Shown here: positions 10,470 to 19,300 of the stretch, piece by piece | How positions within the stretch are numbered: the stretch's first letter is position 1 | Layout: every line of letters begins with the position of its first letter | Origin: Elusimicrobiota bacterium | Lineage (GTDB): Bacteria; Elusimicrobiota; Elusimicrobia; Elusimicrobiales; UBA9959 | Assembly (NCBI GenBank): GCA_016207645.1 | Contig: JACQPH010000101.1 | Location: 18 to 64,017, forward strand | Direction: 5' to 3' | Length of the DNA: 64,000 nt | Position numbers and translations under genes: made by a program | Notes under the pieces: generated by a model | What the model was told of the DNA's origin: nothing | What the model saw: the letters and a program-made list of their open reading frames with translations, nothing else | Database searches by the model: none

Positions 10470-10476
10470 AAGGAAC

Positions 10477-11778
10477 TTACTCCCTTTCGAAGACCAGCAG
10501 GGTTTCGGCGTGGGGGGTATTGGGGTAGAAATCGAAGCCGGCGGCGCGGACTATCCTGTATTTCTCCAGGAAGAAAGCCGCGTCCCGGCCCTGCGTTATA
10601 GGGTTGCAGGACAGGTAAATTATCCTCTTAGGCAGTATTTCCATTATCCGCTTGACGACCTTGCCGTGCAGGCCGGCGCGCGGCGGGTCCAGCACCAGGA
10701 TGTCCGTGCCGGAGAAAAGGTCCTCCCCGGTCTTCTCGGAAAGGGAACAGACGATCTCGAAATTCGAGGCCCCGTTGGCGGAGGCGTTCAGCGCGGCGTA
10801 TTTCACCGAGTTGGGCGAGCATTCCACCGCGTAGACCTTTTCCGCCAGGTCCCGCAGGGTCAGCCCTATCACGCCCACGCCGGAATAAAGGTCCACCAGC
10901 TTCCCGCATTTCCCGCGGGCGGGCAGGGCGGGGAGGGCGGCGGCGCGTATTTCCCGCAGCGCCTCGGCGAAGAGCTCCATATTGTTCTGGAAGAAGCAGT
11001 CGAAGCCGTACGAGAATTTCCCGCCCAGTATTTCCTCGGTGACGAAGTCGTCGCCCCAGGAATTTACTATCCCGTCCGCCTGGCTGACCGAGCTGACGGG
11101 GTCGGAATAGACGGCCAGGAAGCCTTCCAGGCCCTCTATGTTCATCTCGGGGAGGGTTATGTCGCGCCGCTTCATGAACAGGGCGGCCACGCGCGAACCG
11201 GGGTTCCCGGCTTCGCGTATTATGAGCGTCTTCAGGTCCGCCGTGGAAAGCTTCAGGTCGTTGAGTATTTTCAGCACCTTCAGCGCCGCGGCGTTGGTCT
11301 CCGGGCCGATCAGCGCGCAGCCTTCCGGCAGGAGGTATTTTTCGCGGTAGTTGCCGCGCTTGTGGAAGGCGAAGGAGAGGGCGCCCGGCTCGCCTGTGAA
11401 GCTGTACTCTATCTTGGTGCGGTAGCCGAAGGTTTCCTTCGCCGCGTAGAACTTGTCCAGGCGGATGGTCTCCTTCGTGGTCTGGTAAAGCAGGTCCTCG
11501 ATGAGGCCTTTCTTGGTCTCGCACTGGAAGGCGTAGTCCATCACCTGCCAGGGCGAACAGCTCAGGTAGTGGTCCTCCCTTGGCGCCACCCGCTTCGGGG
11601 AGGGTTTTATTATCTCCAGCAGCTCGGCCTCGGCGAAATTCTTTTTCTCGAAAGTGACCCTGACGCGGGCGGTCTCCTCCGGCAGCACGCCGTAGCAGAA
11701 CACCACCTTGCCCTCGCTCCTGCCCAGGGCCTTGCCCTCGCCGACTATTTTCTTGAATTCAAGCGTGATCTCGCGCAT
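10477..11778 (-). CDS. 23S rRNA m5U methyltransferase, RlmD/TrmA family
   Basis: TRAM N-terminus, GYRTK, FFQNN, DLYSGVG, LDPPRAG, YLSCNPIT, FDFYPNTPHAE. Confidence 0.9.
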   Translation of the reverse strand: MREITLEFKKIVGEGKALGRSEGKVVFCYGVLPEETARVRVTFEKKNFAEAELLEIIKPSPKRVAPREDHYLSCSPWQVMDYAFQCETKKGLIEDLLYQTTKETIRLDKFYAAKETFGYRTKIEYSFTGEPGALSFAFHKRGNYREKYLLPEGCALIGPETNAAALKVLKILNDLKLSTADLKTLIIREAGNPGSRVAALFMKRRDITLPEMNIEGLEGFLAVYSDPVSSVSQADGIVNSWGDDFVTEEILGGKFSYGFDCFFQNNMELFAEALREIRAAALPALPARGKCGKLVDLYSGVGVIGLTLRDLAEKVYAVECSPNSVKYAALNASANGASNFEIVCSLSEKTGEDLFSGTDILVLDPPRAGLHGKVVKRIMEILPKRIIYLSCNPITQGRDAAFFLEKYRIVRAAGFDFYPNTPHAETLLVFERE

Positions 11779-11848
11779 GTAAAATCCTTTAGAAGCCGTC
11801 CGGTTGTTTTATATACTACTATTAATAACAGGGGTTGCCAAAATACCG

Positions 11849-13030
11849 ATGGAAAAACTGTTCAACGCACTCGTTAAGTTCGACAGGCCGCGCGTTTTCC
11901 TGGGCCTGCTCTCCTGCGTGGCGGCCGTCTCGCTGGCCTACAGCGTCGCCGCCTCCTGGAAGGTCTACAGGCATGAGCCGCTCAGGGAGGCCGCTTCCCG
12001 CTCCCTGCTGGCCGTCAACTCCTCGTTCTTCTACGACTCCGGGCTGGCCGAGCCGCTGCCGGTCTTAGCGCTGAAGCTGGCCATGGCGGCCGGCGCCGAC
12101 CCGGACGCGGCGGTAAGGGCCGAAGGGCTGGCGGTTTTTATCGCCCTGTTCTTCCTCACCATCTTCGTGCTCCGGGGCCGCTTCGGCGGGCAGTGCGCCG
12201 TCCTCGCGGCGCTTTTTCTGGCCGCGAACCCGTATATGTGCTATTACGCCATGCAGGGCGGCTCCCATCTTTATTCCCTGTTCTTCCTGCTGCTTTTCTG
12301 GCATTACTTCGATCCCCCGGAACCTTCGCGCCGGGGCGCCCTCCTGGCCGGGCTTTACGGCGGGCTGGCCTGCCTGAGCCGGCTGGACGCCGCCTGGGCG
12401 CTGCTGATAATAGCGGCCCTGTCCTGGGCGGCCAGGCGCGGCGGCTTCGGCCTCAAGGCCGCGGGGCTGTCCCTCGCTCTGGCCTTCGCGCTGGCGTTGC
12501 CTTACGCGGTTTACCAGCGTACGCAGTACGGGAATTCCCTGTACGCCCAGGAACTCGGCCTGCGCCGCTGGGCCAATGTGGACAGGTACGCCTACGGGTC
12601 CTGGGACGGCGCCCCCGCGGGCCCGCTCAGCGTCCCCGCTTTCCTCTTCCGCGACGGGCCCGGCGGCGCGGCGCGCGACGCTTTCAGCGGGCTGGGCCGC
12701 AGCCTGGCCTACGAACTGCCGCGCACCCTTTATTATAAGTTCCTGCTGGTCCTGCTTTTCCTGGGGGTGTACGCGGCCTTTATCCGGGGGAAGGACCGCC
12801 TGCTTTTCTTCCTGGCGGCGGCCCTGCTGCCGGTGCTCCCCCTGGCCGCCATAAAGCAGGTGCCCGCCACCGGCGGGATAGAACTGCGTTATTATCTCTG
12901 GTCGCTCTGGGCGCTCTGCGCCCTGGTGGGGCTGGGCTTCCAGGAAACGCTGGCCTGGACGGAGAGCGGCATAGGCAAATGGGTAGAGGGCAGGCTGAAG
13001 ACGGCTAAGAGCGCCGGCGGGAACAAATGA
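11849..13030 (+). CDS. Polytopic membrane protein, GT-C (GT39/ArnT/PMT-like) glycosyltransferase
   Basis: Many TM helices; EPL motif, LFLAANP, LACLSR, ELRY typical of PMT_2-like proteins. Confidence 0.6.
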   Translation: MEKLFNALVKFDRPRVFLGLLSCVAAVSLAYSVAASWKVYRHEPLREAASRSLLAVNSSFFYDSGLAEPLPVLALKLAMAAGADPDAAVRAEGLAVFIALFFLTIFVLRGRFGGQCAVLAALFLAANPYMCYYAMQGGSHLYSLFFLLLFWHYFDPPEPSRRGALLAGLYGGLACLSRLDAAWALLIIAALSWAARRGGFGLKAAGLSLALAFALALPYAVYQRTQYGNSLYAQELGLRRWANVDRYAYGSWDGAPAGPLSVPAFLFRDGPGGAARDAFSGLGRSLAYELPRTLYYKFLLVLLFLGVYAAFIRGKDRLLFFLAAALLPVLPLAAIKQVPATGGIELRYYLWSLWALCALVGLGFQETLAWTESGIGKWVEGRLKTAKSAGGNK

Positions 13031-13980
13031 CCGAAGGACGGCTTCCACCAATGAAAGAGAACAATAAATACAAATTCATGGCCGCGGTAACGGGGCTTTT
13101 CCTCGTGCCCTTCCTGATACTGAGCAGCCACTTCATCTACGGAGAGAGCGAGCTGCAGAAAAAGGACGCGCTGAGCTACCTGGAACTGCGCACGGGCACG
13201 GGCGCGGGGATAATCTCCGACGTGCTTAACCTGAACTACAGCCTCTCCAGGCTGGCCGGGGGCAAGGCCGGCGCCGGGGCCGCGGCGCTTAAAGAGGAAC
13301 TGGCCGCGAGGGTCAGGGCGAACCCGTTCATCTATTCCGAGCTGGCGCTGCTGGGGAGTTCCGGCGCGGAGCTGGCCCGGTTCACGGCCGACAAAAGCGT
13401 AAGCTCGCGTCCGGACTATTCGGGAACGCAGATCTTTTCCGAGGCCAAAAGGACCCTTTCGCCCGCCGGGGCGGTGGAGTACGGGGAATACACGCCCCCG
13501 GCGCTGGTCCTCGCGGAGCCGCTCATGAAGAGCGGCCCGGCGCCGGCTTATTATCTGGCCGGCCGGCTCAGCCTGGCCTACGTGGGCGAGGTGGTCCGGC
13601 TGATGGGGCGCAATTCGTACGGCAATTTCGGCCTCGTGGACATGGGCGGGCAGGTGATCGCGGACTCCATGAGCATGTCGATCGTGAAACCGGGGCTGAA
13701 AGCCCCGGCCGAGGTCATAAAGCTGCTTTCCCTGGCCGCCGACGGCGATACGCCGAATTTCGCGAGCGAGGTCTATTTCCGCGGCCGCGTCCTGCTGGTC
13801 TCGGTCTCCAACGTGGCCGGCTCGAAATGGTGGATCTATGAAATAATGGACTCCGCCGACCTGCCGGCGCGCAAAGCGTCTTCCTGGGCCTGGCGGGTGG
13901 TGCTGTCCGGCGTCCTCCTGATCGTTCTCTTCGGCGTGATCACCTACAAGCTGGCCCTGCTCTGGCTTAAGGACGAATAA
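13027..13980 (+). CDS. Membrane protein with periplasmic Cache-like domain and no cytoplasmic output domain
   Basis: TM helices at both ends; DYSGTQIFSEAK, LVLAEP, LAGRLSL, FGLVDMGGQVIA, WWIY resemble dCache; ends right after TM2. Confidence 0.6.
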   Translation: MTEGRLPPMKENNKYKFMAAVTGLFLVPFLILSSHFIYGESELQKKDALSYLELRTGTGAGIISDVLNLNYSLSRLAGGKAGAGAAALKEELAARVRANPFIYSELALLGSSGAELARFTADKSVSSRPDYSGTQIFSEAKRTLSPAGAVEYGEYTPPALVLAEPLMKSGPAPAYYLAGRLSLAYVGEVVRLMGRNSYGNFGLVDMGGQVIADSMSMSIVKPGLKAPAEVIKLLSLAADGDTPNFASEVYFRGRVLLVSVSNVAGSKWWIYEIMDSADLPARKASSWAWRVVLSGVLLIVLFGVITYKLALLWLKDE

Positions 13981-14002
13981 GCGAGCCCTTACCGCCCTGA
14001 TT

Positions 14003-14011
14003 TGCTATAAT
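14003..14011 (+). promoter_or_regulatory. Extended -10 promoter (TGnTATAAT) upstream of the GH13 gene
   Basis: tgctataat 37 nt upstream of the ATG at 14049. Confidence 0.5.
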
Positions 14012-14048
14012 CGGGTCTGGGGAAAACCGTTCCAATAAAGGCAGGAAT

Positions 14049-15545
14049 ATGCTTCGCGCGAACCCGCATCTCATAGAGATCAACACCAGGCTGTGGCTCA
14101 AGCAGCTGCGCGTAAAGTATTCCCAGCCCGAGATGAAGCTCTCCGCCATTCCCGACGAGGAATGGCTGGAGCTGCGCCATCTGGGTTTCGACATAGTCTG
14201 GCTGATGGGCGTCTGGGAGCCCAGCCCCGAGTCCGAGCGCATAGCGCGCGGGGACAAGGCGCTGCTGGAAGACCTGAAGAACCTCCCGCCCGGCTTCGGA
14301 CCGGAGGCCGTGGGGCCTTCCCCCTATTCCGTGCACTGGTACCGCCTGAACCCGGAGCTGGGCTTCGAGTGGGAGCTGAAGGCGCTCAAGGAGAAGCTCA
14401 ACTCCATGGGCATGAAGCTGATGGTGGACCTGGTCTCCAACCATACCGCCAAGGACAATCCCTACATAGCCGAGAACCCGGACTGCTTCATAAACGGCAC
14501 GGAGGAGGATTTCAGGGCGCATCCCGACTGGTTCTTCGAGCTCGAGGCCGGGGACAGGAAGCGCTACATAGCCTACGGGCGCGACCCCAACTTCCCGGCC
14601 TGGACCGACAGCGCGCAGCTCAACTATTTCAACCCGGCTACCAGGGAGCGCATGCTTTCCGTGCTGCTGCGCATAGCCGACATGGCCGACGGCGTCCGCT
14701 GCGACATGGTGATGCTCACCCTTAACGAGATCCACGACACCACCTGGGGTTCCCTGCTGGGCCGCGGCGGCTACAAGCGCCCGCAGGAGGAGTTCTGGGA
14801 CGGCGCCATCCGCTCCGTGACCGAGAAGCACCCCGGCTTCGTCTTCCTGGCCGAGGTCTACTGGGGCCTGGAATGGCGGGTGCAGCAGATGGGCTTCGAC
14901 TATACCTACGACAAGGGCACCTACGACCGGCTGCGCTTCCAGGGCCCGCAGGAGCTGCGCGGCCACCTGCGCGCCGAAAAGCTTTACCAGAAGCGCTCCG
15001 CCCGCTTCATAGACAACCACGACGAGCAGCCCTCGCTGGGCGCTTTCGGCAGGCAGAAGTCCCTGGCCGCCGCCGTGGTGGTCTCCACGATAAAGGGGCT
15101 GCGTTTCTTCAACGACAACCAGCTGGACGGCATAAAGGCGCGGGTCCCGCTCCAGCTCAACGAGCTTTACGAGCGCGTCCCGGACCAGGAAGTGAAGAAG
15201 TTCTACGCCAAGCTGCTGAAGATCACCGACCATCCCGCCTTCCACGGAGGGGAATGGGCGCTGCTCGACGTGCGGCCCTGCGACCAGGAGAACGCCACCA
15301 ACGCCAATATACTGGCCTGGTCCTGGGCCCAGCGCCGGACCCTGAAGGTTATCGTGGTGAATTACTCCGCCGAGGTCTCCTGCGGCGTGGTGAACGTCAA
15401 CATCAGGAGCGAAGGCGAGGCTACCGCCATCTTCGAGGAACTCTCGGACCGGTTCTTCTCCTTCAGATCCTCCGACCTGAACGGCGGTCTCCGCCTCCTG
15501 CAGATGCCCCCGTACTCCGCCTACATCTTCGACGTGGAATTCTAA
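14049..15545 (+). CDS. Alpha-amylase family glycoside hydrolase (GH13)
   Basis: VDLVSNH, DGVRCDM, AEVYW, FIDNHDE conserved regions. Confidence 0.9.
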   Translation: MLRANPHLIEINTRLWLKQLRVKYSQPEMKLSAIPDEEWLELRHLGFDIVWLMGVWEPSPESERIARGDKALLEDLKNLPPGFGPEAVGPSPYSVHWYRLNPELGFEWELKALKEKLNSMGMKLMVDLVSNHTAKDNPYIAENPDCFINGTEEDFRAHPDWFFELEAGDRKRYIAYGRDPNFPAWTDSAQLNYFNPATRERMLSVLLRIADMADGVRCDMVMLTLNEIHDTTWGSLLGRGGYKRPQEEFWDGAIRSVTEKHPGFVFLAEVYWGLEWRVQQMGFDYTYDKGTYDRLRFQGPQELRGHLRAEKLYQKRSARFIDNHDEQPSLGAFGRQKSLAAAVVVSTIKGLRFFNDNQLDGIKARVPLQLNELYERVPDQEVKKFYAKLLKITDHPAFHGGEWALLDVRPCDQENATNANILAWSWAQRRTLKVIVVNYSAEVSCGVVNVNIRSEGEATAIFEELSDRFFSFRSSDLNGGLRLLQMPPYSAYIFDVEF

Positions 15546-15553
15546 AACCTCTC

Positions 15554-16282
15554 TTACGGCTCCCTCGCCAGCGTATAGGCCGCGACGGACCTGGCGCCGG
15601 CTTTTTTGAACTCGGAGGCGAGTTCTTCGAGAGTCGCGAGGGTGGTGGCTACGTCGTCCACGAGAAGGATGTTCCGGCCCTTCACCAGCTCGGGCTTTAT
15701 TATGGCGAAGGCGCCGGCGATGTTGGACCTTCTCTTTTCCTTCGAGAGGGTAGTCTGGCTTTTGGTGTTCCTGGTGCGGCCGGCCGCGCCTTCCAGGTGG
15801 AAAAGGCCGCAGGAGGGGGCCAGGGCGGCTGCCAGCAGCTCCGCCTGGTTGAAGCCGCGCTCGCGCCGCTTGGCCGGATGCAGCGGCACCGCTGCCGCGA
15901 AAGTGTAGGGCGCCAGCTCCGGGAAAGCGGGGAATGCGGAAGCCATCTTCTCCGCCAGGAAGGCCGCCAGGTCCTCGCGGGCCCGGTACTTGAAGGCGTG
16001 GACCAGGGAGCGCAGCTGCGGGTTGAAGACGAAAGCCGAGCGGGCCAGGGCCAGCGAGCGGGGGGCGCCGCCGCGGCAGTCCCGGCAGCTGCGCCCGCCG
16101 CTGTCCAGCGGCAGGCCGCAGGCTTCGCAGCGCAGGGCCGGGAGAGGCTCCAGACCCCCGCTGCAGGCCGGGCAGAGCGGGGCGTCGTCCAGGTAATGCA
16201 GGTCCAGGCCGCAATGCGCGCAGGTCGCGGGCAGAACGACATTTAAAAGATATTTCCCGATACTTCCCGGATCAAGATCCAT
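15554..16282 (-). CDS. comF: ComF family protein (double zinc ribbon + phosphoribosyltransferase)
   Basis: Four CxxC pairs; VPLH..RERGFNQ; LLVDDVATT. Confidence 0.85.
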   Translation of the reverse strand: MDLDPGSIGKYLLNVVLPATCAHCGLDLHYLDDAPLCPACSGGLEPLPALRCEACGLPLDSGGRSCRDCRGGAPRSLALARSAFVFNPQLRSLVHAFKYRAREDLAAFLAEKMASAFPAFPELAPYTFAAAVPLHPAKRRERGFNQAELLAAALAPSCGLFHLEGAAGRTRNTKSQTTLSKEKRRSNIAGAFAIIKPELVKGRNILLVDDVATTLATLEELASEFKKAGARSVAAYTLAREP

Positions 16283-16337
16283 AATCCCCCGCCCCCCTCT
16301 CTCCGCCGCGCTCTACCCTATACCCTCTACCCCGCTT

Positions 16338-19300
16338 TCAGAACTGGAAAGTCAGCGTGCTGCCGGCCTGGTAGGAGAGGTACTCCTCCTGCTTGAGGAA
16401 CTTATGCCAGAAGCGCTGCAGCCCGGCGTTGAAAGTGAGGCGCAGGTTCTTCGCCGCCTCGTAGTCGGCGCTGGTGTTGAGCGAGAAAAGCCTGTTGTTG
16501 TCGGCTATGGTGATGGGCGAGGATTTGATGGCGTAGCTGAGGGTGGTGGTCCAGACAATGCGGTTGGTGAAGAGTATGGTCTTCTTCATGAAGGGCAGCT
16601 TCAGCCCCTTGGGCAGCTGGAAGTCGGACTTGATCAGCAGGCTGGGGGTTATCGTCCTAGTATTGGCGGTCACCACGCCGAGCGCCGCCCGGGTCTTGTC
16701 GGAAACGTAGTCCGCCTTCGGGGTGAAGCGGAACTTCCTGTAATCGAAGGTGCCCTGCAGCGTGGCGTCGTTATGCGTGACGGCCTGCGTGCGCTGGTTG
16801 ACGCGCAGGTCCTTCTTCTCCGTCAGGCGCAGGTTGTAGCTGGCCGCGGTGTCCACCTTGTTGAGCAGCCTGAAGCGCAGGTCGGTCCCGTAGGTGCCGG
16901 AAGTGTCCAGCGAGACCGCCTTCACCTCGTTGGTGTTGCGCGAATACTTCAGGTTAATGGTGGCGCTGGTCGCCCAGCGGCGGGCCCGCACCAGGGTCTC
17001 GAGCTGCGAGAGGGAGAGTATCATGTCCGGGAAAGTGCGGTTGACGCTCTTCGAGATGGTCCCCGTGACCTCGGAGCGCTGCACCGAGTTGCTGAAATTG
17101 TTGGTCAGCGAAAGAGTGCTGAGCGGCGCCGCCGAGCCTTTGAGCGTGTAGCCCTCGAAAGGCTGCCAGCGCTGCGTGGAGCTTACGGTGTCGCGCAGCG
17201 TCACGGAATTGCGCTGGGCGAAGGGGCTGGCCGGCCTCATGGAGTCGCGCAGCCAGAGGCGGGACCTGGTGTCGTACTCCTTCTCGACGTTGGCCCAGGA
17301 GTCGCCGTCCTGGATCTGGTAGTTCGAGGAGAGCACCAGGGAGCGCAGGAGGCGGTTCCTGGGGGCCAGGTCGTTCATGTTGAGGGTAAGGCTCACGCCG
17401 CCCTGCGCGGTCCGGTTCACGCTCTTGATGCGGCCGGCCGGGAAGAGCTGCGAGGTCTGCGCCACCGTGACGGTGGTGACGTTGAGATTGTTGCTCTCTA
17501 TGGTGGTCACGGAATAGTTCACGGCCGGGTTCAGCCAGCGCGCGAACAGCAGGTTGGAATTGGCGTCCACGGTCTGCTGCAGGGACTTGTTGTAGTGCTC
17601 GGACCTCAGCGGGTCGGAGACCGGCGCGCGCTCTTCGCGGGCCGTCTGCAGCGAGTAACCGGGGTTGAGGGAGGAACCGTTCCAGGGGATGAAGGAGAAC
17701 TTGGCGCCGTAGGCGTCCGTGCGCTCCTTTGTTCTGAACAGGCTGTCCGCGACCAGCAGCTTGGAGGCGTCGTAATCCACCTTGCTGAGCCCGAGCGAAT
17801 AGTTCAGGCTGATGGAACGGGGCAGCACCGGCAGCGCGCCCGGCACCGAGTAGGACAGGTTGGCGGCGTAAAGGTTCCTGTCGTCCGTGCGGCTGAGCAG
17901 GCTGTAGTCCGTTATGCCTTTCGAATAGTTCAGGCCGATCGTGGGCAGGGCCTTTATATTGAGGCTGCCGGAGGCCGCGCCGTCGAATTTCTTCACGCGC
18001 CCCTGCTGCAGGGAGTTCACCAGGTTGTTCGAACCGGTGGTAAGCGTGTTCGGCGTCACGGTTATCTGGCGCGCGGCCGTGACGTTCACCGGGAAGAAGG
18101 ACAGCCGGGTGATATTGAGGTAGCCGGTGTTCTGCTCGTTGTCCTGGTTGGCTATGGCGGTGACCGGAGTCTGGAAGCTGCGGTCCATGAAGCGGTGCTT
18201 GCCGCCGAAGCTGAACCAGCCCGGGATCTCGAAGACGCCCTCCACCTTGCGGGCGCTGCCTGTGCGCGTGAGCGGGTCGGCCACGTGCAGCTCGTTGAAA
18301 TAGACCGTGCCGGCGTGCCCGCTCCCGTCCGTGGCCTCCAGGCCGACGATGAACTGCGGCACCTGCTGCAGGCTGGGTGTGCCCCTGGAGGAGATCTCCA
18401 CGCCCTGGGTAGACCGCACCCAGAAGTCGGGTATCTTGTCCCCGCCCGGGGTGTCCTCCTGGCCTATGGTGATAAGCTTCCAGCCGGTGAAGTCGAGCGG
18501 CACCGAGGCCTTGAAGTAATTATTGACGTCGCCGGACTTGACGTAGAAGTTAACCCCGCTCTGCGCCCCGCTCTCGCTCTTGACCAGGAAGCGGACCTTC
18601 TCGTGCTGGGAAACGTCTATGGCCGTGCTGAACTTGCGGTAGACGTGGACCGTGGAGGAGGAATAGATGTTCTCGTAGTTCAGGGACAGGGTCTGCTCCG
18701 AGAGCGTGCCTGAATTGCTCTTCTGCTTCTGCTCGGAGGCCGAGCCGTAGAGGTCGTTGTAGACTATGGTCGCTTCGCCGCCCGCCTCGTGGATGGGCGT
18801 GTAGCCGGGGTTGTCGACGTTGTTCACCGCTATGGCCTGGATGGAGCCGGTGTTGGTGCTCGACTGCACCGTCCAGGTGTTGCCCACGGCGGAGATGCGC
18901 GCGAATTTGACCACGCCGGAGTTGGACCCTCCCGGCGACTTCTTCAGCGAGATGCGGACCTGCTTCACGGCGTTCCACTTGAAGGTGTCGGTGGACGTTA
19001 TGGCCAGCGGCAGGTAAAGGGTATGCCAGCCGTTGAAGTTTATCTGGTTCTTTTCGGTCCCCGAGTCGTTATTGTCCCTGAACTTGGAGCCGTTCACGTA
19101 GCCGAAGCTGCCGCCGGTGAAATCCTGCGCGTCCAGGCGGCCGTTCTTGTTCAGGTCCTCCGAGTCCAGCCGCCCGTTGCCGGCGCCGTAGCGCTTCTCG
19201 CTGGCGCCCACCTTGTAAAGCCAGCCGATATCCTCGGTGCTGGAGACCTGCTGGTCGCAGTTCAGGTCCTCGCTCTTCGGCGCGGCCGTCAGCACCAGGC

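Noticed and set aside
16283-16337. C-rich short repeat ctctaccctataccctctaccc between the sprA-like gene and comF
   Set aside because: Only about three degenerate heptamer units; too short to assign a function
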